The notes beneath the pieces were generated by a model. That model was given only the letters and a program-made list of their open reading frames with translations, did not search any database and had not been told where the DNA came from. DNA of 58,254 bases, the filler included, from Sphacelaria rigidula (Eukaryota), in assembly GCA_964200075.2 (NCBI GenBank). It is 7 parts of 7 records of this genome, joined end to end, with 100 filler letters (N's around TTAATTAATTAA, not from the genome) between each part and the next. Parts side by side here need not be neighbours in the genome. Positions count along the whole stretch, not along the records: positions 25,011 to 33,246 come from CAXNAA020011823.1; positions 33,347 to 41,582 come from CAXNAA020011824.1; 5 more parts are not named here. One strand, written 5' to 3'. Below are positions 25,136 through 36,536 of this stretch, one piece after another (the stretch's first letter is position 1; each line of letters starts with the position of its first letter). A program made the translations under genes and the position numbers.

Positions 25136-26963
25136 GCAAGCCAATGAGTACACCCCCTCTTTCTCCCATGACTCTATGGCTTCAGGGTGGGTGGGGGTTC
25201 ACCCTAGTCCGTGAGGATCCTACAATTACTCGTTATAGAAATTACTCCTAGCGTTGCAATTTGCGAGAGAAATCGCCTGTCTTTACCGGTGTATGCCAAC
25301 GCACCTCGATCGTCCTCGCGTCCACTCCTTCCTCCAGAGCGATGCTGTTTGGTCCGCTGCTGTATGCGCAGCATGTGTGGATCCTCCTTGCGGAATTGGG
25401 ACATCTGGCATCATCGAAGGAGGCGTCTCTGAACAGTACAGTGTTACGCCCAGTTTAGTGTCACGTTCTTCGTCACCACCCCAAAATGAAGACGAGACGG
25501 AGTCGAAGAAGTGAGAGGAGCAAAAAATGATGATGACGGTGATACACAGCTGTGGTATGTATCTGAACGAGTGCCCTCATCGAAATCCGGCTCAACCCTT
25601 TTGGAACCCATTGACGAATTTTGTTTTTGGGAACCGGCATCGTTTTCAGTCATTTTCAAATCAAAATGATGCCGATTCACGAAAACAAGAATCTTCAGTG
25701 GGTTCCAACGGGGTTAATTTGACCGAGTACAGCACGCAAACCAGTGATGGGTAGCCCTCCAGCTTCCCAAACAGATAGGGAAATGTGTACAGGCCGACAG
25801 TCGTCTTCCAGTATGCCCGTCCGACACGCGATCGAAGATTACTCGCACAGCACGAATGAGAGCAAGCTAAAACTCAAAAGGGAGGTACAGCTAGCTCGCT
25901 ACCGTCGTTCAAGACAAAGAATGAACCAATCCACTGACGGGATTGTGCAAAGGTTGCAGTAAATTACCTGAACTTTACCTTGATTTCTTAATTCACAGCA
26001 GGAGTCTGCGGTGCCAGAATCTGGAGGACTGGTAGGGATGCGTCTTAGCTACACAGAGCAACTTGATTTATCTCTACACCTCCAGTGTGTGCTGAGATAT
26101 CGCCATCTTGGTGGGGGGGTGTTACAATATGTGAAACGCGGTGTAAAAACACTTCAGATCGTTGCTGGTATCCAAATTGAGCAGGCGGTAATTGCGCCGC
26201 GTTCAGTTTTTTTTTGCTTGGGGGTACTATATTTCGTCATTCCATCTGTACTCATCATACATGTAAGCACTAACGTCGGTCGTTGGTAGGAAATACGTTG
26301 CAGACTTGTTCACGCAGCTGCTGCTGGGGTGGCGCGTGAAGCGCCCTTTGCCATAGCCACGCAAGGTACAACACGCACCCACTCACGTCCTGCCGACACA
26401 TCTAGGAGCCCGCGACACCATAACCTCTGGGCATCAAAATGGTGATACTGCAGAAATGACACCCATGTGTGAGTGGGGGGATAGATGGTCACATCGACAG
26501 TCGGCTTCGTTGGAGATGGTTCTCGATAAATCATGTCGATGAGAGAGCGATGAAAAACTGAAGTCCACGTTGTTTTTTTCGCGAATGCCCAGTGTATTGG
26601 TCATAGAAACGAATGCCTCAATAATTCCGTTATATGCTCCCTAGAAACCCGAAATATTCATCACAGTCACTCTCTGTGTGCAGAAATAACGCCCCCGAAA
26701 AATCCCTACAGGTTCATTAGACAAGCGAACTCATTTTAGTCTCTGCCCGTTTCCGATGCGGCGTCTTTTCTCTCCGACCCGCTACATTCGGAATCTAAAA
26801 CTTCAACCCAGACTCCGGCTGAGTACTTGGACCCGCCGCCGATGAGTCCATCGGCTCTGCCGTCGCCATCAGTGTTTCTTGTTGAACACATGTCTGGATC
26901 CGATCCAGCTACCCCCGACGCGTTGCTCGCTCTATTCGCCTCGCCCCCGAGATCGTTAGCCAT

Positions 26964-27300
26964 GGATCCGTTCCTTTCATCGTCCGCCGTGGATCCCGGC
27001 CCTTCATCGGCCACCGTGGATCCGCCCCTTCCACCACCCAACGTGGATCCCGCCCCTCCACCGTTCGCCGTGGATTCGCTCCTTCCACCGCCCGTCGTGG
27101 ATCCAAACCCTCTATCGTTCGCTGTGGACCCGCCCCTTCCATCATCCACCGAGGATCCGGCCTCTCCATCAGTAGCCGTGGATCCGCCCCTTTCACCGTC
27201 CGCCGTTGATCCGGCCCCTCCGTCGTTTGCCGTGAATCTGCCCCTTTCATCATCCGTCGTCGATCCCGCTCCTCCATCGCTCGCCGTCAATCTGCCCTTC
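26964..27300 (-). repeat. Coding tandem array of ~12 x 27-bp units with a 54-bp higher-order period
   Basis: Plus-strand units such as GGATCCGCCCCTTTCACCGTCCGCCGT. On the minus strand they encode alternating GSTANDGGA / GSTADDERG after the Cys8 finger. Confidence 0.9.
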
Positions 27301-28712
27301 CCGCCGATCTGGCCGCGGGTTTCAACAGTGGGAGTATCACCGGTCGCTGGGGTGAAGGCCAGGGGCAAGAAGTAGCGGCCTTGGCAACCGCAGCTCAAGG
27401 TACAAGTCCCCGAACACCTGCAGCGTTTGCATCTGTGCTTCGTTTGCGCCGCCTTAACTGGATTGCATGAGCACCTGAGAGTGTGCACGTTCCCGGATCT
27501 ATCGTCATATGCGTGGGTGACGGGTTAATTACAACGTTGTCCCGTGTCATCTTCACCATCTGTCTGCTCGCGGCTTTGATTCCCCCCTTGTGATGAATCC
27601 TCTTCTCGGGTTCAATAGCTCACCCGTGGCTGTTGAAGTCGAACGTGGGCATCCTCTCACGAAAGCCCCCCCCCCCCAGCACTCGAATACTGCGTCAGCC
27701 TTGCTCACGTGCTTCCGGACTGGATGCGAGTTGCAGAGGGGGCGACCGGCACCAAGCCGATTGGAGGTATTGCACTGTTGTCATTACACAAGGGCGATGC
27801 GTCGGCGGCGCCCACAAGTGGTCTTTCAGGGGCGGCGTCCGGCAGCATCGGTGGCACTCCAGCGGCGGCTTGTGTATTTATTGAGGGTTGCGTGGAGTTC
27901 GGTGATGAGGCTGTGGCGGCAACTGGTGTTTTGGTGTCATCATCATCGGCGACTCCGATATCAGTATCGCCCATGCCGGGGCCTTGTTCAGAGTATGCGT
28001 AGTACATGGCCACGATTTCCCTCCACATTATTTCGGAGAACACGCTGATGGTATGGTGTTCCACCCTGTAGGTGCCAGCCTCCGATGCTTTACTCCCGTC
28101 CAAGCCAAGCGCAGCAGTGATGTGCTCTATCCCCGCTCCCCAACATCGCTTCATTATTGTCTTCGCCATCTGGTACAGGAGATGCTCATCACCCACATAT
28201 ATCCTGAGCCAGTGATACTGTCTGGGATCACTTCGGATGAGATGGTACATGAACCGAAACGTCTCCTCATCGGCCGCGACCATGCATGTCGCCGCCGCGC
28301 CCCTCTCATCCACGCGGCGTTTGTCGGCAAGGCGGTCAATCACGGCTTTCGAATCGGACCAGCTCTTCGTGGTGCCCAACTGTATCAAGAGATATCTGAA
28401 CACCTGTGGCTCCCTCTTCATCGTTGGAATGGCCTGGCGAGTGAATGCGACCGCGAGGCGAAGAAGAGGCGGATAGCATGCATATTGCACCCCGCTGTTC
28501 ACATGTTCCCCCTCGCATTCTCGCACTCTAACCCTAGTCTGGGATGGATCCGTTGCCCCGAGGGATCATCCCCCATCTTTCGCATCGCGGATTTCATCGA
28601 CACTTTCTCATCCCCTATGCTGTCGGGGCATTGTACCTACTCGCATCTTCATACCACAAAGATGGCGCTCCGATGCCCGCATATGAAATCGCCAAGTTAA
28701 ACACAAAAATTC

Positions 28713-29078
28713 CAGGGATATGTACGGAGGACAATCCGCTCCGCGGTGAGGATTTTGATTTTTGAAACCGTACGGAGCGGAGAGGATATCCGTCTGTGTG
28801 GAAAATCACGGATTATGACGGAGCGGATATCCGCTAATGAAAATGTCACGGATATTTGCGGAGCGAATATCCGCCAACGAAAATGTCACGGTGAGGAGCA
28901 GAGATTTTTCGAATATGGTACGAAGCGGAGCGGAGCGGATATCCGCCAGTGGGAGAGATCACAGATTGTCACGGAGCGGATATCCGCCCCCTACAAATGC
29001 CACGGAGCGGTGCGGATTGACGAACCGCACCGTAATAATCCGCTCCGCGCATTTATTCTTAATCCATGCACATCCCCG
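28713..29078. mobile_element. hAT (Ac/Ds-like) MITE with 8-bp TSD inserted in the Academ-like element
   Basis: TIRs CAGGGATATGTACGGA and TCCATGCACATCCCCG. Perfect TSD AAAAATTC at 28705-28712 and 29079-29086. Many CGGAGCGGATATCCG subterminal repeats. Confidence 0.88.
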
Positions 29079-32000
29079 AAAAATTCCCGGTCCTTTCCGG
29101 GGGAAAATTTCCCACAATTTCGCATAGCCGTTCACACCAGGTATACACACAAATGTGACAACTCCTCTCACCTGTCTGAGTTCTAGTTGCAAGCACGTAT
29201 CAATGTCGCCACCTTCACCTACGATCCTTGCCACTGTACATTGGAATGCTGCTTGGTCGAGCTCCAAGGGGAATTGACCCCAATGCTCCCCATCGAAGTG
29301 TCGGTGTGGTCCCGTAGTGATATCCGCGGCCACGAACTCTCCTTGCCCGCGGTGGTCCTTCATACTCGACAGATTACCAGGCGAATCCTCCAAAGCCACG
29401 CAGGTGGCGGCTATAGCACACACACGTGCTTCACCCCATGTAACAGCCGTCGTGGGTACAAAGTCGCAGTTGTCCCACGGGATTGCAGTAGTCCGCAACG
29501 CGAAAGATGGAGGTATCTGTCCATCCACATCCTCACGCAGTGCTGCTCGCGCCTGTACCGCATGGACTTTGTCATGCAAAATCCGTGAGCAGCGACAAAA
29601 TCAATGACCGCCATGAGTGTTCCGCGCGTTTTGAAGACCAGCGCTAACTTGAATTCGTGTGACACTACAAACTTCCGTCCTAATACAGTCTTGATGAGGT
29701 TTGTCGCCAGCACGTAAAGCCTCCCAGTCCGCTTCTTCATCTTTTTGTGTAACGCTGAGGCCCCTGCCGTTTTGTCGGCGTAGGCGCCGTACAGCTGGCG
29801 CGGTATCTGGCAGACTCCCCATCAACCCCGCCGTCTTGAAGCCGTCCTCCCGTACCACCACTGCTGGGCTGCACGGCATCCACCCCTCCCACCTCGCCTT
29901 CGGCCGCCGCAGATATGACGACATCGACCGCCGCGATAGTGTCAGGCACATCTATCGATACACCCTTGGTCCCTCTCGGCGCGCCATCATCAGCAGCAAA
30001 AGGCAGGTCGTGGTCATCGCCCGACACGGTGAGATGACACAGACCGTCCATCAAGGCCAACAGCGTCAACGGCGTGTCCTGCTTGAGGAAATTCTCCATT
30101 GGGCGCATCTTTCTCTCAACGCCAGCAGCATAGTTCTCAGCCCCAGTCTTAAACACATTCTGTAGTTCATGTGAACCTTCGTTGTCTGTCCTGACGATAG
30201 ACCTAGCCGCTGTGACCACAGCCCGTTTCTCCTTCGCCGGCCCTTCAGCTGTCACCCGCCTGAGCACGGACTCTAGAGGCGGATCATTTTGGAGCTGGCA
30301 CTTGAGGTGTGAGACCCGACGGTCAAGTTCTTGCACTCCAGCACGCATGTGGCGAGGTTCGATATCATCTGCCACGGCTACATCAGATGCATCTGTCGAA
30401 GGCACGGCGTAGACGAACCTGCGTCGGCCGTCGCCTGCGCCGAATTTCACCGTCGTCTCAAAAATGCTTTTCGCCTGCGCTCTCATGCGCTTGTCCCCAA
30501 AAAGTCCGAGCGTTTGCGATGTTCCTAGCTTCCGCCAGCCACGACCGGACATCCTCCAGCCTCACAAGTAGACCAGACTGAAGGCTCGCAATGCCTTTCT
30601 CGCGTACTTCTCCATCAATTCCGACTCGGCAGGGGGTGGGTCAGGAGCCAAGCTCACCGTTGCGGGTATGGAACAACGCGAACGGCGGGATTTGGTGATT
30701 TGCCTTTTGCCGTGGCGCTTGTGTCGCTCGAAGAAACGCAAAAAGCAATCAACCCGGCCGCATTAGCAGTCTGAACTGGGTCGGTAGTCTCGGAGAACCG
30801 CTGGCAGACACATGCTATTGTCATCGGCACGCAAGCCCAAAATTAGATGAGCCTCTGCAAACCGTGTAGCACCGAGATGACGCCACAACCTGCCGTCGCA
30901 GGGACTCGGCCTGTGACACGCGCTGCACAGCCGCAATGCCGGGTCGTGTGGCTGGTGGCAAAGCGAGCACCTGTGCACCATTCGCAGTCGACAAGGGGGA
31001 ATGTGATACCACACATATCTCGAACACAGCCCCGCATCCGCCCTCCACGCACCCTAATTCCACTCACCGGATTTGATTCTGCCGTCATCGGATGCCGACG
31101 TACTCGCGAGTTGACAATTCGCGCCTTCCCCGCCCATTTGACGCCCGACGCTTCGCCGCTCTTCACGTTCCCCCGCCACCGCGTGGGTTTCTATAACTCC
31201 CACGCCAGCGATTGTACCTGGAGCCCCCAAGTCACTGATCAATGCAGTCATCGCATATTTCCCATCGGACGGTGGACTCAGCCCCTCTCGGGCTGCGCGC
31301 TCGTCACCGACGTGGCCCCTGGCGATTCCCCTGACGTGTTTTACCGGTACTGTAGGTTCCGATTCCGTCGGTCGAGATGTGACCTCAACGAAGGGTGTGG
31401 CATGTGTTGGACGGGATGGTGGCCCGAGTGCCAAAGGTGCTCCACTACCTGTAAGGAGGAGATGAAACGATAGTATAATGTTGGCTATGTGCTAGCTATT
31501 TGGTCTGTTCAAGATTGCAAGCGTCGGAGTCGTGGATTCACGCGAAGTTTTGACATGCAAAAATCTAGGAGCCCTCGATGATGTTCAGAAGCTTGGACCA
31601 CCATTGGCAACACGTGCGAAGCAAGCAGTTGCGTCCAACCTTCAGCAATTTTCACTTCTCAGGGTACATCTGCAATAGGGCACTCGTTACGCTCTTATCT
31701 CGGCATCGGTATTGGTGTCGTATGTCACGCTGGGACTGCCCCGGCCGGCGTCTAAGCAGGCGTCCAGACGCTGTATCCCCTGGGTGAGCCCTGGGAATCC
31801 TCCACATCTACCGCGAGCAAATGTCCCCGAGAGTGCGTGGTCGGAGGGTTCAACATCAACGCCTTCAATCGAATGTGTTTGCCGTCGGGCGGTTCTCATT
31901 CTGTGCCGGCCTAGGTCCATGAAGTTGTGATTTTTCCATGCCAAATGTGATGGTTGCAGCATGCGTTTGTGGTACTGTAGTGTAGTACAGTTCCCCGTCA

Positions 32001-33246
32001 CAATTCCAGACACATGTCCGTCTTAATCGTAATATTACGATACACGTAAAGTGTCGTTCGAACGCACTGCAGGATCACAACATGCGCTCCTGTTACCAAG
32101 AGGTCCACTAGGAGCCATCTTCATCGTCGTTCAAGACAACCTAACCCACGGATATACGCCGAAACCGACGATCGCAGTCAGCAGTACTTGATGCTTGCAG
32201 GTAGTCGCCACTAATACACCACTGCTGCACACGACGTTTTCTTCTTGTGGTCGACGCTCTTCAGAACCCAGAATTATACTCCGCACAGTGTACAGTACTC
32301 CATACTACTCTGCACTTCACTGCACTGTGCTGAACAGTCGAGAACTGGGCTGTGCTATCCTGTACTGTGCTGTACGTGGCTGAATAGGGGGCGCTGGACT
32401 GGGGTGCATCATGCACGTACGTACGAGCTGGGCCAGCCTACTGTGGAAACGGATTCAAGCTCTCGAAGCGATATCTCATCGACACAGACGAGTTAGGCCG
32501 TGATCCGCATGTTGTATTATCGTCTAATCAAGGGGAAGGTGCCCATCTGCTCAAAAGTCTGGACCAACATTTTCTCGTTGATCAAACCCCATGTCCAGTA
32601 ATTTCTATATCATACGGAGATGGCGTCCATATCAAAATCTATATGAAACCCTGACCGATAAATTCGGTGGATGGCGACGATTTTTGGTTTCGACATTTCC
32701 TGGAACACGGGGAGACGATAGATACCCTCACCTTCACCTGATTCGTTATCTATCTCGAGATATGGCCCACATAAGGTCTCATACTAAAATTGATACAATA
32801 CGAGCAGAGGCTCTAGACCCCTGTATCTGGATGTCGCATCTCAGTTTCTGAGAGTTGTGCTATGAAATTTCGTATGAAGAACCGCTTGTACGTGATTGAA
32901 TGGAAAACAGTTTTTTTTTCTCGTTTTTTCGTTTTTTCGTTTTTTTAGGGAAGTTTCGAGGATAAATATGATCTAGCTCGACTACCATCGTGGCTACAGG
33001 CTGGTTCATGCTCATCACCCAAAAAAACTCATCGGCAAAACCTCACGCCGTCTTCAGGAGTTAGACCCTGAAATTTTGCACGACTGTGCTTTGGGACATT
33101 AAGAAACTTTGCAGGAACGATGAACAGTGCTCTTGGGTCCTGTCTCAATTTTCAGAATTGTGATTTGAAACTTAGTATAGACAGCGACAGAGGTATGCTG
33201 AAAAAAAAAAGCCTTTATTGTGTCTTGGCGGGGGGGGGGGGGGGGG

Positions 33247-33346
33247 NNNNNNNNNNNNNNNNNNNNNNNNNNNNNNNNNNNNNNNNNNNNTTAATTAATT
33301 AANNNNNNNNNNNNNNNNNNNNNNNNNNNNNNNNNNNNNNNNNNNN
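33247..33346. other. Artificial contig linker
   Basis: 44N-TTAATTAATTAA-44N. Confidence 0.98.
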
Positions 33347-34173
33347 TCGGCTGTTTAAACTTGATGGTTCCGTCGGCTCATGTTTCGAGTGCATTTTCGG
33401 AAATTCGATGCGGTTGGCGAGAGTCACTGGCAAAATCGATTTGCTGCAGCTCATAGACGGGAGGCGCCCCATTGGCTTCGTGCAAGAGAATTTGTTATGA
33501 TCCGCTGCCACCGAGGGTGAGATGATGGAACAGAAAATGCAGGGTCCCACCACGTTTTGCGACTTTTCTCGGCACGAAAAGGCGGGATATCAGCAGTCAC
33601 ATCACACGCGATGACTTGCGCTTTCAAAAACAACGACGGAAACTGCGGCGAAAGTTTTCAATAGAAACGTGATTTCAAGATATCCACGAGCCCCTAGTCC
33701 ACACGAATGGTGGTATCAACTGTAATTGCGAATGAATTCGGGCACAACCTGGCTAAATCGTATCTTATTCTCGAACCGCACGACTCCCTACTCTGGAGAG
33801 CTCTTGAACGGTGCACTCTTCCACAAATAATGCGCGCCTGTGAGCCAGCGCGCAACATTGTCCAACATATTCTGCCATTCCATTCAGGCAGCGGGTGGCG
33901 TGAATGTTGCAACATGCTACACCTGTAAACTTTTCGTCTCATCATCGGAACCGGCGCAGCGAGACAGTCATGAAAAGAACCTCACTCTCGATCGTACTTT
34001 CAACGCTCGATTTCACGGAAACACTGTCGGATTTACCGGCAGGATTTTGCACCAATGTGCGAGGTAAGCGTTATGTCCATTAATGATGCAGAGACTCCCC
34101 GCCGCTGATAGCCATCCAAAGCCCACTCTCAATCGTATCATCTACTCTCAATCTCACGAAAACATTGGTATAT

Positions 34174-34338
34174 GGTCTTGAGGGCACTATCTGAAACGCG
34201 AAGATCGTTTTTTTGTTGTTGGTGTCGAGATAGTCGGGATCTGACCCCTCCCCCGGTCAAGTTGGTCAACCGCGACCTTGAACAAAAAGCAACAAAAAAA
34301 AAAACGGTCTTCGAGTTTTAGATAGTGCCCTCCAGAAC
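34174..34338. repeat. Inverted repeat pair (MITE-like)
   Basis: GAGGGCACTATCTGAAACGCGAAGATCGTTTTTT pairs with AAAAAACGGTCTTCGAGTTTTAGATAGTGCCCTC. Confidence 0.65.
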
Positions 34339-35289
34339 ATGTGTGCAAATTTTCGTGGTCTAACTCGGAAAAACGGCGTGAGAAAATGCCAAAACGTGCG
34401 CTGAAGTATAAAAAAGTCTGTAATTACTTGATTAAAGTACAGAATCGCCCTTTTGGGGGGTTATTTTCACGGCAAAAGATCCAGCCGATTCAGTTTTCCG
34501 AGTTGAGCAACGAAAATTGGTACACATGTTCCTTGGGATACCACATCCTTAAGATGTCAGAATTTTGGTGTTAGGGCATTGTGTACTGGTTTCCTGGGGT
34601 CTTTATTCCGGAACCCCCGGAAGACGGTAGAGAACGGAGAAACTTTAAAATTTTGCCAAGAATGTAATTTTTCCGTTAGGAGCACCAATACCTGCGGAAC
34701 TGCCAATTTTGGGGATGATCTGAGCTTTTCTCCAACAGATGAAAGGGAAATCGTCTCGAGGCTCCGTGGGTCTTTCGTACGTATCATGAGTGGAAATTAG
34801 ACGACGCCAACGCTCCACATCATCGAAACATTACGGTTTTGGGCAAAAGTCGATCTCGTTGGAACCGTTTTCAAATCTGTTTCTCCCGTTAGATTCCCAA
34901 GCTAGTGACGGTTACCACGATTTGAACCATGTGGAGATTCGGTGGAAATTGGGCTTGGAATTCTTGTTTCCAATTTCGTAACAATTTGAAAGGCGCTGAT
35001 TGGTCGAGACATTTTTTTGTCCATAGCGCCACCGCTACAGCCTTGAACAGAAATCCGGCTATGTCACCCTTTTCGTCTGTTTATTGCGGTCTTGCGGTCA
35101 GTATAATACCACATTCGTGCATATTGGCTGGGTATTGCGTTCGTCATTAGCCGGGGAATAATTTTTGGGTATTCAAGCTGAACCAGATTGTAGCGTGGTG
35201 GCCCTTTACCCCTGAGAACAGCACAGGGCAGGGTCGATGGCGACTACTGTACAGACACGACAGTCTATGCTGTATGTCGTCCGTACAAA

Positions 35290-35640
35290 ATTGTAGCTCA
35301 GTTCAGATCTGTGCACGCAGCGTGTTGTCAACAACAGCAGTCGCTATGCTTTACAGACTGCCCACGCACCCAAGCCTTGTAGAGACAGGACCGGACTGAC
35401 AGTACACACGAGACTAAGAAATTTTTGTAGTGCTACTACTGTGGTAGATCCAATGCATACAACACTACAGTAGTGTCTGTACTGTACAGTGCAGCGAACT
35501 TGCAGCTCAGTTGAGGTCTGTACATGCAGCTCGTTGCGAACAGACGTCGATTTGCAGTACAGACTGCCCACGCACCCAAGCCTTGTAGATACAGGACCGT
35601 ACTGACAGTACACACAAGACTATTAACAGTGCTACTGTTG
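35290..35640. repeat. Tandem duplication, period ~206 bp
   Basis: CAGACTGCCCACGCACCCAAGCCTTGTAGA.ACAGGACCG.ACTGACAGTACACAC occurs at 35354 and 35560. Confidence 0.85.
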
Positions 35641-36101
35641 TAATACTGTAGCCGATGCATGCAATACAGCACTGTTTTGTGTACTATTGTCCATGCTGTC
35701 GTTTCAGTCAAGTACTGCAGTGCAGTGAAAAGGCACAACCGTCACTCCTACAGTCAGTTCGTACAGCAAGGCGGTGTTCTTATTGACGGTCTCGCGTCAC
35801 GCAGCCCACCATGTATTGCTCAGGCAGTGTATCACAGTAGTACAGCCAGTCAGTACGGACCGTCCACCAAGACAGGACAGCAGAGTGCTGCGTCTCTCTC
35901 GCGCGCCCCAGAATTTGAAATTATGCCTGCGCACCTCATAGAAAACGATGAACACTGCGTTTTCAATGTTGATACGGTAGTGCGTCGATCACGTAAGAGG
36001 GGCTAGTTTGAAAAATTCTGTTGGAAAACGTGTTGTTGAAAAAGGGCTTTTCCGACAACGTATTTTTTTATACCGAAGAAGTAGCCTTAGACCGACTCTA
36101 A

Positions 36102-36536
36102 TGGGAGCCGTTCAAAAACAATTCTGCTATCCGTCGTTTTACGCCTGAAAAGAGGGCTAGGCGGATGTTGACGCCTTGAAATGACTTGCTCTACCCGATG
36201 AGACCCTTCCAGGGCAACTTTGCATTTCCCGCTAACCGCACTTTCATTTTTGGCCAAACACGGATTTTCAGCAAACAAAAAACGTTCAAGCGACAGAAAA
36301 ACAGGGGGAAATTTTGATCACCTGACCGTTTTTCACTGAACATCCGTGTTTGGCCTCATTTGGCCAAAAACACAAGCGCGGCCAGCGGGAAATGAAAAGT
36401 TGCCCTAGAACAGTCTCAACGAGTAGAGCAAGTCATTCCAAGGTGTCAACATCCGCCTAGCCCTCTTTTCGGGCGTAAATCGACGGAGAAGGGCCCAAAA
36501 GGCGGTTTTTCAACAGGAATTTTTGAACGGCTCCCT
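36102..36536. mobile_element. Fold-back MITE, PIF/Harbinger-like ends
   Basis: GGGAGCCGTTCAAAAA..TTTTTGAACGGCTCCC flanked by TAA and TTA. The arms pair for ~170 bp (e.g. GAAAAGAGGGCTAGGCGGATGTTGAC with GTCAACATCCGCCTAGCCCTCTTTTC). Confidence 0.8.

Larger units (their letters stand above)
26736..31920 (-). mobile_element. Degenerate Academ-like DNA transposon (transposase pseudogene with C-terminal Cys8 zinc finger)
   Basis: 31434-29737 is one frame broken only by a few stops, with a Cys-rich N-terminal part. After frameshifts it reads FKLALVFKTRGTLMAVIDFVAAHGFCMT/HDKV..GQIPPSF..IPWDNCDF, then MVAADEETF..DPRQYHWLRIYVGDEHLLYQMAKTIMKRCWGAGIEHI, then CSC..CKRCRC..CTLSCGC. This order matches the Academ transposase G.C.SYD / DNxD / D / GxxH..GSG pattern plus Cys8. 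Termini were not found. Confidence 0.72.

Noticed and set aside
26827-27375. Pro-rich plus-strand ORF resembling an extensin or pherophorin
   Set aside because: It is the antisense reading of the 27-bp array. The minus frame continues from the Cys8 finger.
33347-34070. Coding-like stretch at the start of contig 5
   Set aside because: Frames I read were broken by stops and no motif was recognised. It is possibly a TE relic but cannot be supported.
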